Below, in pieces: positions 20,249 through 30,622 of a stretch of DNA of 64,000 nt; position 1 is the stretch's first letter; every line of letters begins with the position of its first letter. The notes below the pieces were generated by a model. The model saw nothing but the letters and a program-made list of their open reading frames with translations, was not told where the DNA came from and made no database searches. The stretch is from a virus, in the IMG/VR virus record IMGVR_UViG_3300008116_000173, positions 8,522 through 72,521 of that record; one strand, written 5' to 3'. The position numbers and the translations under genes were made by a program.

Positions 20249-20801
20249 AATGTAAGTTTTGTTTTGTTAGTTCATGTAATGGTTTGTAAATTTCGTAGTT
20301 TAAGTCAGGAGAATCCAATACCTCACTGATAAGTTTAGTTTCAACACCAAGCCTATCAGCTATTTGTTTTCTTTTGAATTCTTGAGGATATAACGTATTA
20401 TAAGCTGTTACTTTATACGTATCTTTTATAGATGTTCTACCATATGCTTTTACAATTAAGCTTTTATAATTAGTAGATGTTTTACTGTATTCTCCTTTTA
20501 TGATTTTGTTAAAATCAGATTTGAAGTTATCAGGAATTGTAAAATACAATAGAATTTCTTCACTTGTATCTTCATATTTACTGTAATCTCCATTTTCGTT
20601 AATAGTTGCTAAAAACCTATCAAACCCACTTATCTCTTTTTCTTCAGGTTTAGAACAAACTAATACAACACTATTGCTATCATAAATATATGTATTTATA
20701 TAATTATTTGGTAATAATGTTGATTTCAAACCAAACATTGGTAGTATAAATGTATGGCACTTTGTTGCTTTATTTCCTATAAGTTCTATTCTTTTATTCA
20801 C
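20235..20801 (-). CDS. Hypothetical protein of the replication module
   Basis: 188-aa ORF overlapping its neighbours. Confidence 0.65.
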   Translation of the reverse strand: MNKRIELIGNKATKCHTFILPMFGLKSTLLPNNYINTYIYDSNSVVLVCSKPEEKEISGFDRFLATINENGDYSKYEDTSEEILLYFTIPDNFKSDFNKIIKGEYSKTSTNYKSLIVKAYGRTSIKDTYKVTAYNTLYPQEFKRKQIADRLGVETKLISEVLDSPDLNYEIYKPLHELTKQNLHYDNQ

Positions 20802-21543
20802 ACACTTCTATTTTTAGTACATTATTTAGTTTTATATTCTTAACATCCACATTCTCAATTAGTTTTAAACTTAAATAATTTGTATAGAATTGTTTTATCC
20901 CTTCATATTCACCAAAATGCATAACATATTCATTAAAAATACAATCCCTCCAACTTAAAGTTTCAGGTTTATTATTTTTAATATTTTTAACATATGCTAA
21001 ACCTTTACCAGGTAAACCTTTAATATTGTCTACACGGTCACCTATAATCATACTTGACCAGAAATATTCTTCAATATCTTGTATGCTATTATTGACATAT
21101 ACACTAGATTTAGGGTTAAAACCTATTTCTAGCGAATATAAGACATCTTTATCAGGTGATACAACAATGTGTTCATATTCAGGATAAGTAGCTTTAAATG
21201 ACATTACAAGGTCATCTGCTTCATATCCTTCAATGAACATAAATTGATGTTTATTAATTAAATAATCTTTGACTTCAGCTAAATACTTAGGCATGTCAGT
21301 ATATTTTCTATTAGCCTTATAGTCAGGATTAACTGTATATCTAAAACATTTACCCACAGTCATAAAACCACAATATAAATCACCAAATAAATAGTTATTT
21401 ATATTAGTTATAAGACTGTCACACTGAATTATACAATCTTCCAGTGTTTTTTCAGGTTCATCTTTTTTATTGTGGCATACGTAAAAAGGTATAAAATCAG
21501 CGTCATAGCTGATTACTTTTAGTTTATTGCTTGATTCTTCCAT
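20794..21543 (-). CDS. 5'-3' exonuclease (T7 gp6/FEN-like)
   Basis: DAD, YKANR, EADD, SPDKD and GDRVDNIKGLPGKG helix-hairpin-helix motifs. Confidence 0.88.
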   Translation of the reverse strand: MEESSNKLKVISYDADFIPFYVCHNKKDEPEKTLEDCIIQCDSLITNINNYLFGDLYCGFMTVGKCFRYTVNPDYKANRKYTDMPKYLAEVKDYLINKHQFMFIEGYEADDLVMSFKATYPEYEHIVVSPDKDVLYSLEIGFNPKSSVYVNNSIQDIEEYFWSSMIIGDRVDNIKGLPGKGLAYVKNIKNNKPETLSWRDCIFNEYVMHFGEYEGIKQFYTNYLSLKLIENVDVKNIKLNNVLKIEVCE

Positions 21544-21725
21544 TCATCAAACCCTTCTAAGCCATACCTGTTTATTAACTGACGTTTAAGCTCAAATAGC
21601 TCCTCCTTAGTTTCAAGGAATACAGCTCTGTTTTGACCTAAACGTTCAAGTGTATTTATTGCAAATAAAGATTTGTCTAAAGTTTTGACAATCTTTATAA
21701 GTTCATATGATGATACTTTAAACAT
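21519..21725 (-). CDS. Hypothetical protein
   Basis: Short ORF with coupled overlaps. Confidence 0.55.
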   Translation of the reverse strand: MFKVSSYELIKIVKTLDKSLFAINTLERLGQNRAVFLETKEELFELKRQLINRYGLEGFDEWKNQAIN

Positions 21726-22179
21726 AGTACATGTTTTTTATTTTATCTATTGTTTTTAACACGTTGGTTTGATTGTTAGGCTTAAACAATGTAACTTTAA
21801 AACCATTTTGTAACAAATGTAATTTAAACCATTTCCATTTTAAAGGAAATGCATCATTTGGATAACCCTTACATTCAACAATCCAACCTTCTTTCTGCTC
21901 ATTAATGCAGGCAAAATCAGGTAAATAAGTTATTGCCCTGATATTACCACTAGCTATGTCATATAATTTATCTTTTTTTACCTCAAAGGAAGGATATGTA
22001 AATTCAAATGCAGGTAATAATGTAAACTTTAAAGTTTCATACTGAAAGTTAGTTATACCTGATTCTATTAACTTATTATAAGTAAACAATTCAAGTTTAG
22101 ATTTAAATACTAAACCATTTGCTTCTAGCTTTGTGGCATTTTTAATTTTGCCTTCACTACTCTTTTTATATTTCACCAT
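21718..22179 (-). CDS. PD-(D/E)xK endonuclease (DUF1064 / T7 endonuclease I-like)
   Basis: FKSKLE...YE...TYLPDF...IVECKG motif. Confidence 0.8.
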   Translation of the reverse strand: MVKYKKSSEGKIKNATKLEANGLVFKSKLELFTYNKLIESGITNFQYETLKFTLLPAFEFTYPSFEVKKDKLYDIASGNIRAITYLPDFACINEQKEGWIVECKGYPNDAFPLKWKWFKLHLLQNGFKVTLFKPNNQTNVLKTIDKIKNMYYV

Positions 22180-22576
22180 CTTTAATTTCCATCATCAACC
22201 TATCAAAAACTAACACATAGTCAGGTTTAAGGTAATATTTATTTAAGTTCTTAGTTACCAAAACACCATGACTACTAGGTGTTAATTCATCAATTTTTAT
22301 AACAAAACTTTGTAGATTGTCAAGATGAATATCAATATTTAGACTTTCAATGAGTTGCAGTTTGTCACTTTCAAAGTTACAAATCTTAACATGATCAGCA
22401 TCCATACTTAGGTTTTGGCCTGTTTTTAAAATATATGATGAATTATCATCATTAGATATAATATAAACATCAAAAGTATTTTCATCAGATAATAATACTT
22501 TTATAAAATTCCTAAAACCTTGTATAGTCCAGTTATCTGTTACTTCAAAAGATACTCTAAATTTACCATTTGTCAT
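22166..22576 (-). CDS. Degenerate HAD-fold-like protein
   Basis: VSFE..., VYIIS, K...I..LNIDIHLDN resemble phage HAD proteins, but the motif I DxD is missing. Confidence 0.4.
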   Translation of the reverse strand: MTNGKFRVSFEVTDNWTIQGFRNFIKVLLSDENTFDVYIISNDDNSSYILKTGQNLSMDADHVKICNFESDKLQLIESLNIDIHLDNLQSFVIKIDELTPSSHGVLVTKNLNKYYLKPDYVLVFDRLMMEIKDGEI

Positions 22577-23568
22577 TTTAATTGATTTAGTTTGTTAGTT
22601 ATTTGTTTTTTAGCTTTATTAAAACCATATAAATTTAAATAATCGCTAATGTCCTTAGCATCGTCAATAAAGAAATACTTAAATCCATAAGTGTCAGATA
22701 TAAGTTTTGTATTTTTCCTACCTTCTGAGTCATTGTCATAATTTATTATTATTTCTTTAAAACGTTTAAGCAATTTATTTACAACTTCAGGTTTTAATTT
22801 GTTGGTTTCACCTTGTAAAGATATAGCATTATAATTAAATAACCTATAAACCATACAATCTTTTAAACTTTTTGTCAAAATTAGTTTATCACCAACCCAA
22901 TCTAATTGGTCAAATCCTTCAATATAATCTGCTTTACCATCAAATAGCCATTTAAACCGTTTATTTTTTTCATAAGGTTTATATATCTTATAACGATATT
23001 CATCGTTAGAATTAAACCTATATGCGTATATAGGGTTATTTAAGGTTTCAGCAAACTTGTATAAATTATCATCTTTATGTAAAATGTATGATGAACATGC
23101 ACTTACATTATAATAATCTAACATAGTTAAAGGTATTTTATATTTATCCCAATATTCAAAGTCAATTAAACTAAAAGGTCTTTTTTCAATCTCAATTTTT
23201 ATTTTAGGTTTTTCATATGCGATGTGTTCCATAACAACGCTTTTATATTCTTTTAAATCTAACGACCTGATTTTAAAGTCATTAGCTATAATATTAAGAC
23301 ATTCTTTATATGTACACCCATATTTTAACATAATATAATCATAAACAGACATCTTTGCAGAGCTATTACCAAAATCCTTATAATATAATTTACCTCTATA
23401 AGGCCCTATTACACAACTTGGATTTTTATCATTATATAATTCAGATTTGAATTTTTTATTTATTTCCTTAAAGTTATGACAATAATACCTCCATAAATCA
23501 TACCCTGAGATTTTAGATTCTATTTCCTGTGAAGAAATAGGTTTATAATTATCTTTTAGACTAAACAT
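22573..23568 (-). CDS. dnaG: DNA primase (TOPRIM, crAss-type)
   Basis: DKNPSC..., YKDFG, YKIYKP, LILTKSLKDCM, LQGE, YDND.EG, AKDISD. Confidence 0.85.
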   Translation of the reverse strand: MFSLKDNYKPISSQEIESKISGYDLWRYYCHNFKEINKKFKSELYNDKNPSCVIGPYRGKLYYKDFGNSSAKMSVYDYIMLKYGCTYKECLNIIANDFKIRSLDLKEYKSVVMEHIAYEKPKIKIEIEKRPFSLIDFEYWDKYKIPLTMLDYYNVSACSSYILHKDDNLYKFAETLNNPIYAYRFNSNDEYRYKIYKPYEKNKRFKWLFDGKADYIEGFDQLDWVGDKLILTKSLKDCMVYRLFNYNAISLQGETNKLKPEVVNKLLKRFKEIIINYDNDSEGRKNTKLISDTYGFKYFFIDDAKDISDYLNLYGFNKAKKQITNKLNQLK

Positions 23569-23573
23569 AAAAT

Positions 23574-23619
23574 AAAAAAGTAGTGTAAAATACTATTAAC
23601 TAATACTTTACACTACTTT
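23574..23619 (-). terminator. Intrinsic terminator downstream of the SSB-like gene
   Basis: 13-bp inverted repeat AAAGTAGTGTAAA (23577-89) / TTTACACTACTTT (23607-19) with a T-tract on the minus strand. Confidence 0.7.
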
Positions 23620-23629
23620 AAAATTAAAA

Positions 23630-24214
23630 TTAGAATGGCATATCTTCAGCTGTAGTAGCTGTTGTTGCAAACAATTTAACATCTTTACTCTCATCAAACT
23701 TGAGATAAGATTGAGATGCTGGTATGCTCATAGACTCAGAACGATCTAAACTAGCATAAACAATACCATTTTCTTTAGTTTGCTCACCAATAAATTTAGC
23801 ACGGAATGGTTTACCAATCAATAAGCTTGATAATTTATTAACCAATTGTGCATACATTTTATCAGGATTAGTTTCACTTGGAGATACTAATTCAATATTT
23901 TCAGCTTCTTGTTTAGAAATGTTATTTGTAGAAATAATCAAATTAATCAAGTTCTTAGCTGTAATAGTCCAAGCAGTAGTCTGCTTGCCTTCAGCACGTG
24001 TATTTGATAAATACATACGTGAAGAGTTACCAACTTCATCAAGATTGTTAACAGTCTTAAGTTGTATATACGGTGTTTGTTTTACACTTGATTTACCAAA
24101 TAAAATTTCAGTAATCTTAACATTGTCATAAATACCAGGACGCTGATATCTAACTTTGTTTGGTTGTGTTGATTGTTGACTGTTTGAATTTTCTTGTTTT
24201 AAGTTAAAGTTCAT
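23630..24214 (-). CDS. Putative single-stranded DNA-binding protein
   Basis: Acidic-aromatic C-terminus (AEDMPF) typical of SSBs; lies between the AAA ATPase and primase. Confidence 0.6.
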   Translation of the reverse strand: MNFNLKQENSNSQQSTQPNKVRYQRPGIYDNVKITEILFGKSSVKQTPYIQLKTVNNLDEVGNSSRMYLSNTRAEGKQTTAWTITAKNLINLIISTNNISKQEAENIELVSPSETNPDKMYAQLVNKLSSLLIGKPFRAKFIGEQTKENGIVYASLDRSESMSIPASQSYLKFDESKDVKLFATTATTAEDMPF

Positions 24215-24235
24215 ATATTTTTATATTTTAAGTTA

Positions 24236-24964
24236 TTATTTATAGATTTTATCCCAATGAGTTACAATTTGACCATTTACTTCTTCAGCCAGTACAATCT
24301 CTTGATTTTTTAAATGGTCAGGTCTGGCACCACAAGTTACTTCCTCATTAGTTTTAAAGCTGATTACAGTTTGATTATCACGTCTAAACACATAACCAAT
24401 GGCATCAGCACCAGCGCATATTAATGATTTAATTTTACCAGTCAAATCAATATTTGCAGCCATTACTAATTCACCACTATCATCTACTTGTTTGTCTTTT
24501 ATATGACCTACAAGGATAATGTGTTCAGCTAATGAATCAATATAATCTAGCACTTGAAAGAATGCTTCACGCAGATATAAATAACCAGCGCCATTAGGTA
24601 ATTTAAGTACATCATCACCTGTAAATCTACTACCCATAGCTGTGTCTTTATATAATTTTAAAGCAAGCGGTTTAACCATATCTTCTAAAGCTGTGACAGT
24701 GTCAATAGCTACATATTTATATGGTCTATTATTAAGCTTAATTTGCTCACCAACAGCTTTTAATTCAGTAAGGGTATTAACCTTTACTTTTAAAGCTTCA
24801 ACGTAATCTGAGCCATCTTCCAAGTCAATAATTAAATTGTTATCTAAACCTGCAAGAGCTGTAGTCTTGCCAGTTTTAGGTTTTGAGTAAATAACCAAGC
24901 GTTTTGGGTTTACTCGTTCTGCCTTAAGTTTTTTAGTAGGCAATTTTATAGTTGTTTCTGTCAT
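24236..24964 (-). CDS. AAA_24/Sak4-like ATPase (recombination/annealing)
   Basis: Walker A YSKPKTGKTT, IIDLEDGS, AIDTVT, GAGY, ADAIGY. The likely start is MTETT at 24964 (ATGA overlap with the helicase stop) rather than 24985. Confidence 0.85.
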   Translation of the reverse strand: MTETTIKLPTKKLKAERVNPKRLVIYSKPKTGKTTALAGLDNNLIIDLEDGSDYVEALKVKVNTLTELKAVGEQIKLNNRPYKYVAIDTVTALEDMVKPLALKLYKDTAMGSRFTGDDVLKLPNGAGYLYLREAFFQVLDYIDSLAEHIILVGHIKDKQVDDSGELVMAANIDLTGKIKSLICAGADAIGYVFRRDNQTVISFKTNEEVTCGARPDHLKNQEIVLAEEVNGQIVTHWDKIYK

Positions 24965-26037
24965 ATCATATTTCTTTCTAACCAACCTTGTGACATTTCA
25001 TCAGCAGGTGGTAGTTCTTTAAATGCCCCTGCTTTTGGCAAAAATAATAAACCAATAGCTATGTTGTCCCTACTTAGCCTATTTTTTATTATTTTTAATA
25101 ATCTGAATGAATCTTTTAGATTATATGGTGCTGCAAACTTATTAATATTATAATTAAGTGAGCTTTCCATATCCATTTTATAGGCATTCATTAGACCTAA
25201 TACTACATCAGCATCTGTATAAGGGTTAGTTGTATCTTTAAAGTCTGACTGTTGTGGAGATATGTCAATACCTTTAAATTTCTGTCGTTCTATAGAACTT
25301 AGACCCTGATTGAATTGCTGTAGCCATATAAAGGTCATTTTAAACATATTTCTAGCAATTACAGAATACTCAGATATCTTGTCAATATTTTGTTTTAATG
25401 TAAATCCTATATTATTTCTTGATTCTAGTTTAGCTATAGCTAAGTGATCACCAACAACAATGTTGTATTCTTTAGGATTATGTAAATCAAATCTAACAAT
25501 ACGTTCTTTTGTATTCCCAAATTCATCTGTATAGGGTTCCTTAATAAATGTCCCACGATCTTTCATAAAATCCCACCAGTATTTATACATACCTGTAGGA
25601 TTCTCCGCTTCCCATATAAAATGAATTCTGCTAAAAAGTTTTTCAACTGTTTCAACTTCACTAAAAACTAATAGTTGTTCTTCCTGACTTAACCTATATT
25701 TACCATAACCTTTTATACGTTCAGGTGGTATTACAATATTGTATTTTTTGTATATCAGTATGGACAGCCAATTAGCTTTCTTTGACATCTCATCAATTTC
25801 CCATGAATAATAAATGATGTTTATAGGTATACCTTTAGTATCTGCATCCTCAATAGCATTGAGTATCCAAAAGTCTAAGAATGTAGTCTTGGCACTACCT
25901 GATAAACCACCAATTAAATAATAACAGGCTCTTTGTGTTTTAAATATATAATCATTTATTCTGTCTAAGCCGTTACTTAAACCTTCGTAATCACCAGTTA
26001 AACCAGCGTATATTCTTTCTTTTAGATTAGATTGCAT
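24961..26037 (-). CDS. dnaB: DnaB-like replicative helicase
   Basis: GLSGSAKTT Walker A variant, YSWEI, VGDHL, LQQFNQ, DADVVLGL, IIKNR. Confidence 0.8.
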   Translation of the reverse strand: MQSNLKERIYAGLTGDYEGLSNGLDRINDYIFKTQRACYYLIGGLSGSAKTTFLDFWILNAIEDADTKGIPINIIYYSWEIDEMSKKANWLSILIYKKYNIVIPPERIKGYGKYRLSQEEQLLVFSEVETVEKLFSRIHFIWEAENPTGMYKYWWDFMKDRGTFIKEPYTDEFGNTKERIVRFDLHNPKEYNIVVGDHLAIAKLESRNNIGFTLKQNIDKISEYSVIARNMFKMTFIWLQQFNQGLSSIERQKFKGIDISPQQSDFKDTTNPYTDADVVLGLMNAYKMDMESSLNYNINKFAAPYNLKDSFRLLKIIKNRLSRDNIAIGLLFLPKAGAFKELPPADEMSQGWLERNMI

Positions 26038-26617
26038 CTACATTAGTTATTTTACTTATATTATAATCATTACTATCATTATTTGTTATATCGTCAACAT
26101 ATAACAAATAGTTTTTCTGATTTAACCAAACAGATAGGTCTTGCATATACATCTCAGAATTAGCCCTTATTTTCTCTTGGTGATATAATTTAGCAGCTTT
26201 ACATAATATGTCATGAGTTGTTTCCAAAAGTAATTTGTTGTATAGTTCTTTAGCCCGTTTTAAATTACCGTGTAACCTCCTTGGTACACCATTGTGCGTA
26301 TGCACTATTTTAGGATAAAAAGATCTAAATTCATCAAAATTACTCAACCCAGTTTTATCTTCTTTCATAAGCTCTGTAGCTTTCTGGGTAAGTGATAAGG
26401 ACTCAAAAAATATTAAATTGTTTTTAGCACGCTTTATATTTAGAAAACCTTTATTTTCTAATATATTAAATATATCACTAGGAAATGTTACATTATTCCT
26501 ATAGCTATGCAATAAATTCTCATCATTTTTATAAACACAATATATTATAAAATATTCTTCAAAACTTAATCTCTGCTCTAATATTGTCTTTACATCTATG
26601 ATAAGTTTTTCATCCAT
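26027..26617 (-). CDS. Putative replication initiator / helicase-loader-like protein
   Basis: N-terminal winged-helix-like part plus FDEFRSFYPK...YMQ.L.VWLNQ C-terminal domain typical of phage replisome organisers; adjacent to the helicase. Confidence 0.55.
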   Translation of the reverse strand: MDEKLIIDVKTILEQRLSFEEYFIIYCVYKNDENLLHSYRNNVTFPSDIFNILENKGFLNIKRAKNNLIFFESLSLTQKATELMKEDKTGLSNFDEFRSFYPKIVHTHNGVPRRLHGNLKRAKELYNKLLLETTHDILCKAAKLYHQEKIRANSEMYMQDLSVWLNQKNYLLYVDDITNNDSNDYNISKITNVDAI

Positions 26618-26852
26618 AATTTACTCCTACGTGTTTTAAAGTTAAATGTAAATCTTCCATTTCAAGCTCTATTAAAGATTTATAATAATCTTGTAAATCC
26701 CTTGTATTTGCTTGAAAATTGAATTCAAATTTAAGTTTTTCTACGGCAATTTCCAAATTTATATTGCCATATTTAGAAAATATTAGGGGCATGTAAACCC
26801 CTAATATAATTTGTTTTTGTGCTTGATTAAGCAACAATTTGTTTTCCAGCAT
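26610..26852 (-). CDS. Hypothetical protein
   Basis: ORF in the operon. Confidence 0.55.
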   Translation of the reverse strand: MLENKLLLNQAQKQIILGVYMPLIFSKYGNINLEIAVEKLKFEFNFQANTRDLQDYYKSLIELEMEDLHLTLKHVGVNYG

Positions 26853-26862
26853 GTTACATGTT

Positions 26863-27540
26863 TTACATACTAATTTCTCTTAACGCTTTGTCAAAAGATT
26901 TGTTAATTTCATGACCTCCACGGTCCCATACATGTTGTCTAAAGCCATTATTTGAATGATAACATCCATCAACTTTAATATAACTACCAATTAAAAGTAT
27001 TCCCTTTTCAGGATGTAAGATACATATCTTATCAGAACCTATTATATTTTTGGTTAATTTATCAAATAATTTACTGTTATCATAAGCCATATCCAACATG
27101 CCATTTACAGCCAACACATATCTTGTGAAGGCATAAGTGTCAGAAAACTTAGGATTTAATTTAACATACTCACTTATATCATAAAATATACCATTATGAA
27201 CCATACACGGTTTATCTGTAACAACATCTGTTGCTATTATTTCTAAATGGTTATCTGATATAACAAAAGGATGTGTATTTTCATCACTATTATCACCTTG
27301 AGTACCAAACCTATGATGTAATATTAAATGATCATTACTTGTTAAGTTCAAATCAGAAATATCACGTATCATGCGTTCAGCATTAAAGTAACCTTTCTTA
27401 ACACCTATTGTATTAGCATTGCCTTTTTTATACATAAAACCACTACCATCAGTATTAGTTTTCATGCCTTGTATAATATAACGGCTAATATTTCTAATAT
27501 TCTTTTCAACCCCTTGAGGTATTACACTAATTAAACACAT
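26863..27540 (-). CDS. Class II (Ntn) glutamine amidotransferase
   Basis: N-terminal Cys (MCLI), NTDGSG, HHRFGTQG, NTHPF, HNG, SDT. Confidence 0.88.
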   Translation of the reverse strand: MCLISVIPQGVEKNIRNISRYIIQGMKTNTDGSGFMYKKGNANTIGVKKGYFNAERMIRDISDLNLTSNDHLILHHRFGTQGDNSDENTHPFVISDNHLEIIATDVVTDKPCMVHNGIFYDISEYVKLNPKFSDTYAFTRYVLAVNGMLDMAYDNSKLFDKLTKNIIGSDKICILHPEKGILLIGSYIKVDGCYHSNNGFRQHVWDRGGHEINKSFDKALREISM

Positions 27541-27541
27541 T

Positions 27542-29095
27542 TTATAAGTTTTTTAAGGATATATTATTATCTAATTCATTATCAACATACTCATCATTTT
27601 CAGTAAATTCAGCATCATTAAACTTAGCTATACGTTTATCAACCCAAGCTATAAGTTTATTTGCTTTCTGTCCATATACTTCAGTAAGTATTTTTGCTAA
27701 TGATAGATTACTATTTTCATAAATAAAACGTTTATGATTTTCAACAATATCTACTAAAGCCATACAGATTAACAACCAGTTTTTAATCTTAATATAAGAT
27801 GTAGAACCAGGTGCTGGTCTGAATTCAATAGTATAAATCTTGTTTTTCCTAGTATTAAATAATGCAGGTACAAAATTTACCCAGCAATAACGTGCTGAAT
27901 CATGATCATAACCACATTTATAACCTTTAGGATGGTCATTCTTTTTATTTACTTTTTTACTAGGATTATTATTTGCGCTAACATATCTAACAATAGCTTC
28001 ATAAGTAACATCTATAGCATAATTCCTATTAAAGCTTTGTAAGTCTTTAATATTAAAATTTATCATAGGACGACTATCTAAGAATCTACAATATGTATTA
28101 TTACGACGAGATTTAGGTAACATTGTAAATATCTCACGTTGTAATTTATGATACAAATAATACATTAAAACAATATTTTCTTTGTTAAAGTTAATATTGG
28201 ATAAATGCACATGCACACCACATTGATGATTTACTAAACAACGTTTAGTTAACTCATTACAAAGCTTTTTTAGTTTAAGTAAACCACGGTCACCCATTAA
28301 TACATCAGTAACATATTCCTTACCATAAGGATGATTGTTTTCAGCATCACGTAATGAACCATCATGAACACTAGAACAATTTAATGGTGCTAGTACATGT
28401 GCAGGTACTAAACCACTAATAGTTTCTATTTCTAAACCAAAACTATAACGTTTACCATAAGTATTATGATATGTTGTAGGTAGATTGTTATTATCACTTG
28501 GTGCATTAAATTTAATACCATCAACACGCATTTGTTTTACAAATGGTTCAATTTCAGATTTAAGTTTAAATATACCTGTATAATAATCTTCAGCGTAAAA
28601 TTTATTAAAAGTTGCATTAGCAAGTAAACTTGGTTTACCTAGATATGGTTTATTAGATTGTATACGTATATAACCTAATCTAAAAGCTTGATCATGATCA
28701 CAAGTATACTTTATTTCAGAATCAATTATAGGATAATTCTCAATAACAGCTGTTGCATTAAATTTAATAATATAACGATCTGATTCAAAATAATCTGTTA
28801 CAATATTAGGATCATCAGGCCTAGCATAAGAATCATGAAGTTGTATTAAATCATTTGAATATTCTACAACTTCACCTGTATATAACATTACCTCATTTTC
28901 ATCTAAATCAGGTTCATAAGGATTATTGTCATCATCATGTACTTCTGTATACTCATCTTCTGAAGGGTTAAACCAAAGATCATCAAGAGTTGTAGATATT
29001 ATATCAGTAGATGTGGGTACTACATCTGGTTCAGGAGCATCTGGTTCAGGTGGTGTTAAATTTTCAGGTATTGAATGATTTGGAATTATTGGCAT
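27542..29095 (-). CDS. Putative amidoligase (Amidoligase_2 / glutamine synthetase-like COOH-NH2 ligase)
   Basis: FGLEIET, HDGSL, KEYVT, CGVHVH, RYCWVN, TIEFR; acidic/Pro-rich N-terminal extension. Confidence 0.85.
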   Translation of the reverse strand: MPIIPNHSIPENLTPPEPDAPEPDVVPTSTDIISTTLDDLWFNPSEDEYTEVHDDDNNPYEPDLDENEVMLYTGEVVEYSNDLIQLHDSYARPDDPNIVTDYFESDRYIIKFNATAVIENYPIIDSEIKYTCDHDQAFRLGYIRIQSNKPYLGKPSLLANATFNKFYAEDYYTGIFKLKSEIEPFVKQMRVDGIKFNAPSDNNNLPTTYHNTYGKRYSFGLEIETISGLVPAHVLAPLNCSSVHDGSLRDAENNHPYGKEYVTDVLMGDRGLLKLKKLCNELTKRCLVNHQCGVHVHLSNINFNKENIVLMYYLYHKLQREIFTMLPKSRRNNTYCRFLDSRPMINFNIKDLQSFNRNYAIDVTYEAIVRYVSANNNPSKKVNKKNDHPKGYKCGYDHDSARYCWVNFVPALFNTRKNKIYTIEFRPAPGSTSYIKIKNWLLICMALVDIVENHKRFIYENSNLSLAKILTEVYGQKANKLIAWVDKRIAKFNDAEFTENDEYVDNELDNNISLKNL

Positions 29096-29097
29096 AA

Positions 29098-30621
29098 TTA
29101 AAGTTTTTGATCCATTGTTAATAATTGATAATGCATTGTTTCAGCATTTGTTTTTAATTGTTTAAGTGTTTCACAAACATCAAAAGTATCATCACATTCA
29201 CCTTTACTGAGTATGGTAATTAACATTTGTAATTCAACATCAAGATTTGTAAAAAATGAATCTGTTTTTGTTAGTACTTCTTCAATGTCAAGTTCAGTAT
29301 CAGCATCATTAAAATCATCATGATTAACCATTGGTGTAGTATTATGTTTGGTTATATCTTTTACTACAGGATGCACAGTTGTAGGTGTATTATAAATATC
29401 ATAAGCATCATAATAACCTTCATAATAACCATCTGTTGAAGTATAATCATTAACAGCTGTATTATTATTTTTATATGTTCTTATTTCTAAGTCTGTAGCA
29501 GCTCTGAAATAACGACGGTCTGCATTACAAATATCTTTTTTAGTATTGTAATTTTCAAGACTTAAGATGTTATTATTGACTTTAGTAATTGTTACAAGTT
29601 CATCAACATCAATAACAACTTCTTTCTTATCATCAACAATATCATATAAAGATACTGCAGTGTCCCATATTTCAAGATAATCATTTGTATTAAAATAAGA
29701 TTTGTGATATATTTCTACTGGTGAATTATCTTCATCTTTTTGTTTAACCTCTAACATACCAAATTCTGTTGCACCACATATAAAATAAAATTTATCTTGT
29801 ATGAGTTTGAATTTACGTGTAGTAGAAGTATCATTAAAGTTTGCCCTTAACCAAGAATTAACTAATTCATTAGGTTGTACAAAACTATTATAATAACCAC
29901 TGTTTGTATTATAGTTACCATATGTAGTATTATTATAACCAGTATTAATAAAAGGACGTTTGTAAGGTGTATTATTAATTTTAACAGTTTTTTCAACAAT
30001 ACCATCACATATTGTGTATACTGTATCTACTTTAAATTCTTTAACACTTTCACAACCAATATAAATTAATGATTCTTTAATAGATGATATATACATACAA
30101 CCATCAATCATACCTCTAAATAAAGGACGTTCTGTATTCCTAAAAACAAATAATTTATTAGGCATAGTAGTTTTATGCATAATAATTGCTGCAGGACCAT
30201 CAATTTCCTTTAACACACTAATGTTATCTTGTTTACTTATTGCACCACATATAACGTCACTATCTACAGAATATTCCATAGTTGACAATTCATACTTATG
30301 TGCTAAATCTAAGTGATTTTTAAGTGTACCATTGTGTTGAAGATACCAATCCCCTCGTTTGAAGGGATGAGTATTTTCAAGTGTATTTAAACCAATGGTT
30401 TTAGCTCTAACGTGAGCCATTAGAATTGTGTCAGGTATTAATTTAAAGTTATTATGAATAACTACATCAGAACCCTTGTTTAAGGTCCTATTATGCCCAT
30501 TTAAGGGACTATAAAAACCAGTAGCATCTTCACCACGTTCTAAAGAATTCCATAATGTTAATAATTTTATTTTCTCAATATCAAATGGTTTGGTACCACT
30601 GTAACCTAATTGTCCACACAT
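29098..30621 (-). CDS. Class II (Ntn) glutamine amidotransferase with long C-terminal extension
   Basis: MCGQLG, RGEDATG, AHVRAKT, NTHPF, HNGTL, VDSD, RPL. Confidence 0.88.
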   Translation of the reverse strand: MCGQLGYSGTKPFDIEKIKLLTLWNSLERGEDATGFYSPLNGHNRTLNKGSDVVIHNNFKLIPDTILMAHVRAKTIGLNTLENTHPFKRGDWYLQHNGTLKNHLDLAHKYELSTMEYSVDSDVICGAISKQDNISVLKEIDGPAAIIMHKTTMPNKLFVFRNTERPLFRGMIDGCMYISSIKESLIYIGCESVKEFKVDTVYTICDGIVEKTVKINNTPYKRPFINTGYNNTTYGNYNTNSGYYNSFVQPNELVNSWLRANFNDTSTTRKFKLIQDKFYFICGATEFGMLEVKQKDEDNSPVEIYHKSYFNTNDYLEIWDTAVSLYDIVDDKKEVVIDVDELVTITKVNNNILSLENYNTKKDICNADRRYFRAATDLEIRTYKNNNTAVNDYTSTDGYYEGYYDAYDIYNTPTTVHPVVKDITKHNTTPMVNHDDFNDADTELDIEEVLTKTDSFFTNLDVELQMLITILSKGECDDTFDVCETLKQLKTNAETMHYQLLTMDQKL

Positions 30622-30622
30622 A

